Part shown: one piece after another, positions 15,391 to 22,600 of the stretch
Numbering within the stretch: position 1 is the first letter of the stretch
Layout: each line of letters starts with the position of its first letter
From: an uncultured Eubacteriaceae bacterium
GTDB lineage: Bacteria > Bacillota > Clostridia > Lachnospirales > CAG-274
Length of the DNA stretch: 60,741 nucleotides
Direction: 5' to 3'
Assembly (NCBI GenBank): GCA_948441255.1
Contig: CAOJPS010000001.1
Location: forward strand, 1-60,741
Notes under the pieces: model-generated
What the model was told of the DNA's origin: nothing
The model's input: only the letters and a program-made list of their open reading frames with translations
Database searches by the model: none
Program-made: the position numbers and the translations under genes

Positions 15391-15738
15391 TCATATAGCA
15401 TTTTCAATACATCTTGCAGCGTAGGTCGCAAGTTTTGTACCCTTGTTATTTTTAAAGGTTGTGACGGCTTTAATCAGGCCTATGGTTCCGACTGAAATTA
15501 AATCTTCGCTGTCTTTGCTGTAATTGGGATATTTTTTTACTATGTGCGCTACAAGTCTTAAGTTGCGTTCCACTAGTATACATTTTGCCTCATTTTTTTC
15601 CTCATCATTTCCGTTTTGAATTTGAAAAAGCCATTTATCTTCTTCCTCAGCCGTTAATGGCTTTGGAAACGCTCCTCCTGTTGAAATGTGTGAAAAAATA
15701 AAAAAACTCTGCAAAAATCCCAAAATCGCGAAAACCAC
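15391..15738 (-). CDS. sigK: 5' segment of sigK (pro-sigma-K, spoIVCB-like), truncated by the island after ...GTKLATYAARCIEN
   Basis: GTG start after GGAGGTG. A short hydrophobic pro-sequence precedes FPKPL, ERNLRLVAHIVKKY, DLISVGTIGLIKAV and GTKLATYAARCIEN. The frame then reads AI-stop instead of the conserved EILMHLR continuation. Confidence 0.85.
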   Translation of the reverse strand: MVFAILGFLQSFFIFSHISTGGAFPKPLTAEEEDKWLFQIQNGNDEEKNEAKCILVERNLRLVAHIVKKYPNYSKDSEDLISVGTIGLIKAVTTFKNNKGTKLATYAARCIENAI

Positions 15739-15838
15739 ATTAACACCTCCAAAGGATAGTCATATATATTATTCAAAATGTGGGGATGTTCGTGCAAGTC
15801 CGACAAAAATTAATGAGATTTTTTAAAAAGATAAAAAA

Positions 15839-15866
15839 GTACCCCTATTATTTTTATTAGGGGTAC
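15839..15866 (-). terminator. dapL terminator (GTACCCCTA-n10-TAGGGGTAC)
   Basis: A 9-bp GC-rich stem. Plus-strand A6 at 15833-15838 gives the T-run on the minus strand. Confidence 0.75.
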
Positions 15867-15876
15867 TTTGTGTATT

Positions 15877-17073
15877 TTAAAACAAAGTTTCAAATCTTTT
15901 CATAGCTTCAATCGTATTTTCTTTATTGTTAAATGAGGTGAGTCTAAAATAATTTTCTCCGTTTTTGCCAAAGCCTGCTCCTGGTGTTCCAACAACGGCT
16001 ATCTTATTGAGCATTAAGTCAAAGAATTCCCAGGAATTCATATTATTAGGACATTCAAACCAAATATATGGAGAATTTATTCCACCAAAGTATTTAATAT
16101 TCTTTTTATCCATAGTTTCTGAAATGATTTTAGCGTTTTCTTTATAATAATTGATCATTTCTTTTGCTTGTTTCATACCGTTTACAGAAAATACTGTTTC
16201 GGCAGCTCTCTGCACAATATAAGGTACTCCGTTGAATTTTGTTGTTTGACGGCGGTTCCACATTTTGTTTAAAGACATCTGCGTGCCGTCGGCGGCCTTT
16301 CCAACAAGTTCTTTTGGAATAATTGTATATCCGCATCTTGTTCCTGTAAATCCCGCTGTTTTTGAGAGTGAACAAAACTCAACAGCACATTTTTTAGCTC
16401 CCTCAACGGCAAAAATGCTTCGAGGGAGAGTTTCGTCTGAAATGAAACATTCATAAGCTGAGTCGAAAAGAATTACAGCGTTGTTTTTAAGAGCGTAATC
16501 TACCCATATTTTAAGCTGCTCCTTGTTATAAACGGCGCCAGTTGGGTTGTTTGGAGAACAAAGATATATTATGTCGGCGTGAACATTTTCATTTGGCATT
16601 GGAAGAAAATTGTTTTCGGCGTTTGCGTCAAGGTACAATATTTTTCTTCCGTTCATTGTATTAGTATCAACATATACAGGATATACAGGGTCGGGAACCA
16701 TAACAATATTGTCAAGGGCAAAAAGGTCTGTTATATTTCCTGTGTCGCTTTTCGCTCCGTCGCTTACAAAAATTTCGTCTATTTCAATATTTACGCCATT
16801 TCTTGAGTAATATTGCTGTATAGCGTTTCTTAAAAAGTCATATCCTTGTTCAGGACCATAGCCTCTGAAAGTTTCGGCTTTTCCCATTTCGTCAACAGCA
16901 GTGTGCAGACTTTTGATGACTTCGCTCGCAAGAGGAAGAGTTACATCGCCGATACCAAGGCGAATAACTTTTTTATCGGGGTTTTCTGCGGTGAAGGTAT
17001 TAACTCTTTTAGCTATTTCAGAAAAAAGATAACTTTCTTTTAAATTAAGGTAGTTTTCATTGAATTTTGCCAT
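15877..17073 (-). CDS. dapL: LL-diaminopimelate aminotransferase
   Basis: MAKFNENYLNLKESYLFSEIAKRV...IRLGIGDVTLPL, SPNNPTG and SLSKTAGFTGTRCGY. ATG at 17073 follows GGGAGG; the longer ORF is an upstream read-through. Confidence 0.9.
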   Translation of the reverse strand: MAKFNENYLNLKESYLFSEIAKRVNTFTAENPDKKVIRLGIGDVTLPLASEVIKSLHTAVDEMGKAETFRGYGPEQGYDFLRNAIQQYYSRNGVNIEIDEIFVSDGAKSDTGNITDLFALDNIVMVPDPVYPVYVDTNTMNGRKILYLDANAENNFLPMPNENVHADIIYLCSPNNPTGAVYNKEQLKIWVDYALKNNAVILFDSAYECFISDETLPRSIFAVEGAKKCAVEFCSLSKTAGFTGTRCGYTIIPKELVGKAADGTQMSLNKMWNRRQTTKFNGVPYIVQRAAETVFSVNGMKQAKEMINYYKENAKIISETMDKKNIKYFGGINSPYIWFECPNNMNSWEFFDLMLNKIAVVGTPGAGFGKNGENYFRLTSFNNKENTIEAMKRFETLF

Positions 17074-17148
17074 TTGTTTACCTCCCAATAAATTTGAAAA
17101 TAATGAATAAAATGTTTTTTCTCTCATTTGTCTAGTACGAAATCGTTT

Positions 17149-17214
17149 TAAGGAAACACCGCGCAAAGGATATTAAAAATAATTTTTATTTTTGAATTAT
17201 GCGGGGTTTCCTTA
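17149..17214. repeat. Family-E palindromic unit (TAAGGAAACACCGC...GCGGGGTTTCCTTA)
   Basis: Termini and AT-rich centre read directly. It matches the copies at 20640, 38010, 48061, 48415, 57812 and 60561. Confidence 0.8.
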
Positions 17215-17266
17215 ATATTATACCAAAAAAGCGTAATGCTGTAAAATACTTTTTTCTATCCTCTAT

Positions 17267-18553
17267 TTATTCTGGAATTGCTGTAAATTGCTCAAGCAGT
17301 TTTGCTGTTGTCGCTACTTTGACGCACGATGAGATTACTTCCATAGCTGTTTTAAGTTCTTCCATATATGGGTAGGATGGCGCTATACGTATACAATCGT
17401 CTTTTGGATTGTTATTGTAGGGATGTGTGGCGCCGGCATTTGTGACAATCACACCGGCTTCTTTGGCAAGTTTTACAGTTTCTTTAGCACAGCCCTCGTA
17501 AGTGAATAACGTTATAAAATAACCTCCGTCCGGTTTTAACCAGCGGCACATTTTATTTTCTTTAAACTCTCTTTCCAATATTTCTATGACCATATCAAAT
17601 TTTGGTCTTAAAATGGAGGCGTGTTTTTCCATATGTTTCATAATATTATCGGCGTTTTTAAAAAACTTGACAAAAGAAAGCTGATTTATTTTGTCATAAC
17701 CGATAGTTTGTATTGACATTCTTTTTTTGATTTCCTCTATGTTATTTTTACTGGCTGAAATCAGCGAAACCCCCGAACCTGGAAACGTTATTTTTGATGT
17801 AGAGAAAAACATATAAATTCTGTCCTCATTTTCATATTTTTCAGCTAGTTTAAATATATCGGCAAGTTTGTTTTCTTTATATATATGATGAACAGCATAA
17901 GCATTGTCCCAAAATATACGGAAGTCGGAAGCGGCTGTTTTCATTTTGGCAAGTCTTTCGACAGTTGAGTCACTGTAAACAGCGCCTGTTGGGTTAGAAT
18001 ACATTGGCACACATATTATACCTTTTATGGTTTCATCTTCAGCGGCAAGTTTTTCAATAATATCCATATCCAAATCATCATTTTTAAAGGGGACAGGTAT
18101 CATATCCAAACCTAATTCCTCACATATTGAAAAGTGTCTGTCATATCCTGGAACAGGACATAAAATTTTGACCTTTGGAAGTTTTAGCCAGGGGGTGCTG
18201 CCGAGAGTTCCAAAAAGACACAATCTTACAAATGTGTCGTATATAAGATTTAAAGCGGAATTTCCACCTATAATTATGCTTTCTTCGGGTATATCTAGTA
18301 GGTCGGAAAAAATTTTTTTTGTTTCAGGAAGTCCATCTAGTATACCATAATTTCGTGCGTCAAAATTATTAGCGGAATGATAGTCATCAAGACCTTTGAG
18401 AATATCATTTGATAAGTCAAGCTGCTTCGCGCCGGGTTTTCCTCTTGACATATCAAGATTAAGTTTCATATCTCTATAATTGTTATATTCTTTTAAATAT
18501 TTATTGTGCAGGGCGGTAAGTTCATCTTTTGACATAGATTTTAATTCTGTCAT
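17267..18553 (-). CDS. PLP-dependent aminotransferase, class I/II fold
   Basis: LNLDMSRGKPGAKQLDL, YSNPTGAVYS and FFSTSKITFPGSG (PLP lysine context). Confidence 0.8.
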   Translation of the reverse strand: MTELKSMSKDELTALHNKYLKEYNNYRDMKLNLDMSRGKPGAKQLDLSNDILKGLDDYHSANNFDARNYGILDGLPETKKIFSDLLDIPEESIIIGGNSALNLIYDTFVRLCLFGTLGSTPWLKLPKVKILCPVPGYDRHFSICEELGLDMIPVPFKNDDLDMDIIEKLAAEDETIKGIICVPMYSNPTGAVYSDSTVERLAKMKTAASDFRIFWDNAYAVHHIYKENKLADIFKLAEKYENEDRIYMFFSTSKITFPGSGVSLISASKNNIEEIKKRMSIQTIGYDKINQLSFVKFFKNADNIMKHMEKHASILRPKFDMVIEILEREFKENKMCRWLKPDGGYFITLFTYEGCAKETVKLAKEAGVIVTNAGATHPYNNNPKDDCIRIAPSYPYMEELKTAMEVISSCVKVATTAKLLEQFTAIPE

Positions 18554-18877
18554 AATAATTTCTCCTTTATCTTGTTAATTTAACCGATGACAATATTCGG
18601 ATTATAGAAATGAATTTTTTTCAAATTCTTTTGTCAAAAAATAAAATAAGTGTTTTTTTCCGAAAATAATCTCACTATGTTTATTGTATCATATAATTAT
18701 GCTATTGTCTTGTAAAAAAATAAAAAAATTTACAAAAAAATTTTTTATGACAATAATAGAGATTTGGTTATATTTTATAATAAATTAAAACAAAATGAAG
18801 GAAGCGGAAATATATCTTGCAAAAAAACTTATTGTTGATTTTTTAATTACGTGGCGGTATCGCCATAAGAAAATGAA

Positions 18878-18912
18878 AAGTGGGTGTGAAAAAGATTTTT
18901 TCATACCCACTT
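18878..18912 (-). terminator. GH43 gene terminator hairpin (AAGTGGGTGTGAAAAA / TTTTTCATACCCACTT)
   Basis: Read directly, immediately 3' of the stop at 18921. Both flanks are T-rich. Confidence 0.65.
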
Positions 18913-18920
18913 TTTTATTT

Positions 18921-20471
18921 TTAAGCTTTGTAATCTACCCAATCAAATTTGGCGTCAACTGTTTTATCATTTTTTCCGTTATAAGCGTATATTCCCACAA
19001 GAGTTCCTGTATGATGTTTTCCTACGGTTACTCCCTCGTCGCTTAAGAAATAACAACGGCCAACTCTTCCTATTAAAATCCAGGTTTCGTTGTCAAGGCT
19101 GTAGAAAAATTCTCTTGTCTGTTTTATAACACGAACTTTAAGATATACCGTTTTTACGTCTGGGTCAAGAGCTATTTCTCCGTTAATGCTTTTTTCAGCG
19201 TTCCTGTTCTCATAAACCCGAAGTTTGAGTCCGTTATCGTAAATCATACAGCATTTGATATGGTTATTTATTCCATAGTAGCACGTGATTCCGGCTTGCT
19301 GTCCGTTAGCGAAAGGTTCAAACTCAAGTTTTGTTGAGAGAGAATATGTAAGTTCGGTTTCACGTCTTACTAAGGTATTGTATGAACTTCTTTCGCAAAG
19401 GTCATATTCCCCCGTTTCTATCGTGAAAAAGCCTTTGTTTTTTGTAAGAGATATTTTGTCGGTTCTGGGATTTCTTATAAATTCCCATTCAAGGCTTAAT
19501 TTATCGTCATCAAAGTCGTCAAATGTTTTTTCCTCGTATTCTGTCCAAGGCAAATCCGGCGCCTCATTTTCCGCTGATGGATTTTTATTTTCTTTTTCGT
19601 TTACGATAAACCAGCCATCATCGGTCCAAGTGACTTTGTCAAGAGCTGTTTCACGTCCCATTGTAGTGCATTTACCCTCATTGACGCGGCAGCAAAGATA
19701 TGTTACCCACCAGTCACCATTCTGGGTTTGTATGAGGTCACCGTGACCGGCGCGCTGAATTTCAGCTGTAGGGTCAGTCTGTTTTAAAGCGGGGTTATAA
19801 GGAGAGGATTCGTAAGGTCCGAAAAGATTTTTTGAGCGGCCGACACTGATTCGGTGTCCGAATCCTGTTCCGCCTTCCGCCAAAATAGCGTAATACCAGC
19901 CGTCTTTTCTTAAAATATGCGGACCTTCGGGACATCTTAAGCCTGTCCCCGGCCATACGTTTACAGGCGGCTCGACTATTGAACAGCAGTCATCGGAAAG
20001 CTTTGTTATTGTAATTCCAGGGGCGGTGATACAATAGTGTGTTCCATCATCGTCAACAAAGTGGGCTGGGTCGATATGGTCGATATCAAGTACAACAGGT
20101 TTTGAATATGGACCCTCTGGATTTTTGGATTTCATAAATAATGTTTTTCGTAATTCTCCTGTGTTATTTTCGGGAGGGTCATTTAGCCTTAATGTGGCGA
20201 AAACATAAAATTCCCCGTTACAATATGAAATATCCGGCGCCCATATACCGTGAGAATCAGAGGTTTCACTGAGATATAAATCATCGTTTTCGGTAATAAC
20301 GTGACCTATAAGCTCCCAATGAACCAAATCTTTTGAGTGATGAATGGGTATTGCCGGAAAATATTGAAAAGAGGAATTAACCATATAATAGTCATCGTTG
20401 ACCCTGACAACAGAGGGGTCGGGATAAAAGCCTTTTAAAACGGGGTTCTGATATGTATTCAAAACAAACAC
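18921..20471 (-). CDS. Glycoside hydrolase family 43 (beta-xylosidase/alpha-L-arabinofuranosidase type) with a C-terminal concanavalin-like domain
   Basis: NPVLKGFYPDPSVVRVNDDYYMVNSSF, WAPDISY and AEGGTGFGH. No signal peptide. Confidence 0.85.
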   Translation of the reverse strand: MFVLNTYQNPVLKGFYPDPSVVRVNDDYYMVNSSFQYFPAIPIHHSKDLVHWELIGHVITENDDLYLSETSDSHGIWAPDISYCNGEFYVFATLRLNDPPENNTGELRKTLFMKSKNPEGPYSKPVVLDIDHIDPAHFVDDDGTHYCITAPGITITKLSDDCCSIVEPPVNVWPGTGLRCPEGPHILRKDGWYYAILAEGGTGFGHRISVGRSKNLFGPYESSPYNPALKQTDPTAEIQRAGHGDLIQTQNGDWWVTYLCCRVNEGKCTTMGRETALDKVTWTDDGWFIVNEKENKNPSAENEAPDLPWTEYEEKTFDDFDDDKLSLEWEFIRNPRTDKISLTKNKGFFTIETGEYDLCERSSYNTLVRRETELTYSLSTKLEFEPFANGQQAGITCYYGINNHIKCCMIYDNGLKLRVYENRNAEKSINGEIALDPDVKTVYLKVRVIKQTREFFYSLDNETWILIGRVGRCYFLSDEGVTVGKHHTGTLVGIYAYNGKNDKTVDAKFDWVDYKA

Positions 20472-20639
20472 TCTCCTTAAATTAATTGTGGAAACGCATA
20501 CAGAAAATAATTATTAATATTTTTAATAATATATACGTATAGCTTTATATTTATATCATATAATTATTTTAATACTTTGTCAATATAAATAAGAAATTTT
20601 TACAATATTTTCAGGAGAAAGTTGTATTCTTTGAAAACA

Positions 20640-20693
20640 TAGGAAACACCGCACAAAGGATAATAATAATTTTTTGAATTATGCGGTATTGCA
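20640..20693. repeat. Family-E palindromic unit
   Basis: TAGGAAACACCGCACAAAGGATAATAATAATTTTTTGAATTATGCGGTATTGCACTA, read directly. Confidence 0.8.
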
Positions 20694-21905
20694 CTAATAG
20701 TCAAATTCTGAAAAACTGTCTTTTAAGAGTTTTAGAATTGTAGGTTCAACGCTGAAGTCGGAGAGTAGTTTGTAATATTCGGTCACTTTGTTTTTTGAGA
20801 TTTTAGGGTTTTCTTTTTTTATAGCTCTTATCATAATATTTTTAGGAGTATGCTCCATATCTATAAATTCAAGTATAGATGTTTTATAGCCAAAAAGTTT
20901 TAATGTTTCTCCTCGTATGCCATCTGTTAAAAGCGCTGAGAAACGCTCTTTTAAAATTCCGTATGATAAAATATTTTTTAGACTGTCATTTTTTACTTGA
21001 TAGAATAATTCGTGCTGGCAGCAGGGAACGCTCATAATTACTTTACAGTGTTGCTTTATTCCATAGGCAATAGCGACGTCGGTCGCTGTATCGCAGGCGT
21101 GAAGAGAGATAATCATATCGGCTTTTTCTTCTGACGTATCCAGACTGGCGATATCATCAGCAAAAAAACTGAGATTTTTATAGCCGATGGTTTTGGCAAG
21201 CTGGCTGCAGTTTTCGACAACGTCTTTCTTTAAATCGAAGCCTTTTATTCTGATATTTTTATTTTTTAGAATGTTAAAGTAATAGTATATAGCGAAAGTA
21301 AGGTATGATTTTCCACAACCCATATCTATTATTAAACCGTCATTTGGAATATATTTTTCCACATCGGCTATCATTTCCAGAAACCTGTTGATTTGGCGAA
21401 ATTTTTTTTGTGACGAATTGTGTACCTTTCCGTTTTTATCGATTAAACCAATTTCAAAAAGCCAATTTATATAAGTTCCCTCTTTAATTATATAGTTTTT
21501 AACAGCGTTATGAGAGATGGTATTTTTTTCAAAGTCAATATTCTCTTTATTTTCAACAATTTTAAATCCTTTTTTCTTATTCATAAGTATTGTAACTATT
21601 CTGTTTGAGTATATTCCGCATTGTTTGAAATTTTCAGTCATAAGTTCCAAAATTTTTTCAACTATGGAAATATAAGATTGTTTTTTATCGTTTTTTTCTA
21701 TTTTTATATTTTCGTGGATAACTTTTTTATCAATATAGCGAGAAATTTGAAATACCTCGCCATCTTTGAGGGTAATTTTTGAAACAACCGCTTTAAAACA
21801 AAGTCCGTCTCCTTTTTTTATTGGATTGCTTAATGTGATTTTTTTAAGAAAGTCAAAGTCTACAATTTCTATGATTTTATTTTTTAATGAATTGAAATCT
21901 TCCAT
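20694..21905 (-). CDS. Class I SAM-dependent methyltransferase
   Basis: Motif I is IIDMGCGKSYLTF. The acidic residue is in IKGFDLKKD, and post-I is ISLHACDTATD. Confidence 0.75.
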   Translation of the reverse strand: MEDFNSLKNKIIEIVDFDFLKKITLSNPIKKGDGLCFKAVVSKITLKDGEVFQISRYIDKKVIHENIKIEKNDKKQSYISIVEKILELMTENFKQCGIYSNRIVTILMNKKKGFKIVENKENIDFEKNTISHNAVKNYIIKEGTYINWLFEIGLIDKNGKVHNSSQKKFRQINRFLEMIADVEKYIPNDGLIIDMGCGKSYLTFAIYYYFNILKNKNIRIKGFDLKKDVVENCSQLAKTIGYKNLSFFADDIASLDTSEEKADMIISLHACDTATDVAIAYGIKQHCKVIMSVPCCQHELFYQVKNDSLKNILSYGILKERFSALLTDGIRGETLKLFGYKTSILEFIDMEHTPKNIMIRAIKKENPKISKNKVTEYYKLLSDFSVEPTILKLLKDSFSEFDY

Positions 21906-21942
21906 TTTTTATTCTCCTGTGATTAACTATATTGCCACGGAT

Positions 21943-22197
21943 TCAGCAATCTGTTAGAATATCGTCAATATTGACGTAGACCAATATTAAATCATCTCCT
22001 ATACATTTTATGTCGCACCATTTTATGTGGTATTCCTGCGAGCTTCCGAAAATTCCAAAAAATTTGCCTCTGGCGGGAATGATTATTTTTTTTATTGTTC
22101 CTGTTTTTATATCTATTTCCATATCGCACACAAAGCCGAGCCGGCAGCCATCGCATACGTTTATAACCTCTTTTTGCTTAATTTCAGATATTCTCAC
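21943..22197 (-). CDS. YlmC/YmxH family sporulation protein (PRC barrel)
   Basis: MRISEIKQKEVINVCDGCRLGFVCDMEIDIKTGTIKKIIIP... Confidence 0.85.
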   Translation of the reverse strand: MRISEIKQKEVINVCDGCRLGFVCDMEIDIKTGTIKKIIIPARGKFFGIFGSSQEYHIKWCDIKCIGDDLILVYVNIDDILTDC

Positions 22198-22299
22198 AAA
22201 ACCGCCCCATTAATTATAATATTATATTATATGCTTTTTTTAGGGGTTTATTTCAATGCGCCTTAAAAACCCTAATGTTTTGCCGGGGATTCCGCAAAC

Positions 22300-22422
22300 T
22301 AGTCAGTGTTTTTAATTTCGCCAAAAATCGGCTCACGCCGACCGCACTTCTTTGCGGCACCCAGTCAGTGTTTTTGGCTTCGCCAAAAATCGGCTTGCGC
22401 CGACCGCACTTCTTTGCGGCAC
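22300..22422 (+). repeat. Two tandem family-B triple-hairpin units (B1 22300-22360, B2 22362-22422)
   Basis: TAGTCAGTG-TTTTTGGC-TTC-GCCAAAAA-TCGGC-TTRC-GCCGA-CCGCA-CTTCTT-TGCGG-CAC, read directly. The first stem of B1 is degenerate. Confidence 0.8.
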
Positions 22423-22424
22423 TA

Positions 22425-22600
22425 ATTAAAAGAAAGAAGCAAAGAACTTTTGCGCGAAACTATCGTTTTGTTGTTAAAAAAATCGGGCAAAGTCACCGCC
22501 GTGATCTTTTTAGCAAAGCGAATGCTTTGCGTTATAAAGTTTAGGGTCAAGCCCTTTTTAAAGGGCTTGCAGGGTGTGGGACAGCGTCCCACAGTCTTTA
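22425..22600 (+). repeat. Composite D-C multi-hairpin repeat abutting the pcrA stop codon
   Basis: About 175 bp co-linear with 54965-55135. It includes AACTTTTGCGCGAAACT.., CACCGCCGTG, AAGCCCTTTTTAAAGGGCTT and GTGGGACAGCGTCCCAC. Confidence 0.8.

Larger units (their letters stand above)
1..15398. mobile_element. Right-hand >15.3 kb of a sigK-intervening (skin-like) integrative island; the left end lies outside the window
   Basis: The island ends where the minus-strand sigK frame breaks (~15397-15402). A large serine recombinase gene ends 38 nt inside the junction. The island is visibly AT-richer: spot counts give 13/60 G+C for nt 7321-7380 versus 27/60 for nt 43021-43080. It holds only int/xis/rep-type and orphan genes. 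Confidence 0.75.

Noticed and set aside
1-15398. The island was considered as a prophage.
   Set aside because: I found no terminase, portal, capsid, tail or lysis gene signatures in any frame. The content is recombinases, a rep-like gene and orphan genes.
15391-15738. The truncated sigma gene was considered as sigE rather than sigK.
   Set aside because: The pro-sequence is short (about 20 aa) and is followed by FPKPL. Region 2 reads LVAHIVKKY as in sigma-K. Sigma-E has a longer pro-sequence and LVVYIARKF-type residues.
15739-15800. A sigma-E/sigma-K type sporulation promoter upstream of the sigK fragment (AATATATATGACTA region).
   Set aside because: Only a loose resemblance to CATA---TA is visible, and I cannot place a convincing -35 element. 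The evidence is too weak to annotate.
15877-17166. N-terminal extensions of dapL (31 aa), of the recombinase (from 13019), of wecB (from 38059), of the PNPOx-like gene (from 51822) and of the lipoprotein gene (from 59997).
   Set aside because: In each case an internal ATG is preceded by a strong GGAGG-type RBS and starts the conserved N-terminus. The extensions are non-conserved read-through.
17149-17214. Family-E units were considered as dedicated promoters. A TTCAAA-15-TAATAT match is present on the dapL-facing strand.
   Set aside because: Orientation relative to the downstream gene is not consistent among copies (for example 57812-57863 before fba is inverted) and the spacing is suboptimal. 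I kept them as structured repeats of unknown function.
22300-22422. Two adjacent ~60-bp direct repeats were considered as a possible CRISPR array.
   Set aside because: There are only two units, they are directly abutting with no unique spacer, and the same unit is dispersed singly elsewhere. No cas genes are present.
22275-22544. An 89-aa plus-strand ORF, and similar ORFs at 31855-32043 and 40176-40427 that share the peptide PQRSAVGVSRFLAKPKTL.
   Set aside because: They lie entirely inside family B/C/D repeats. The shared peptide is just the repeat translated. They have no RBS and the frame is not conserved outside the repeat.
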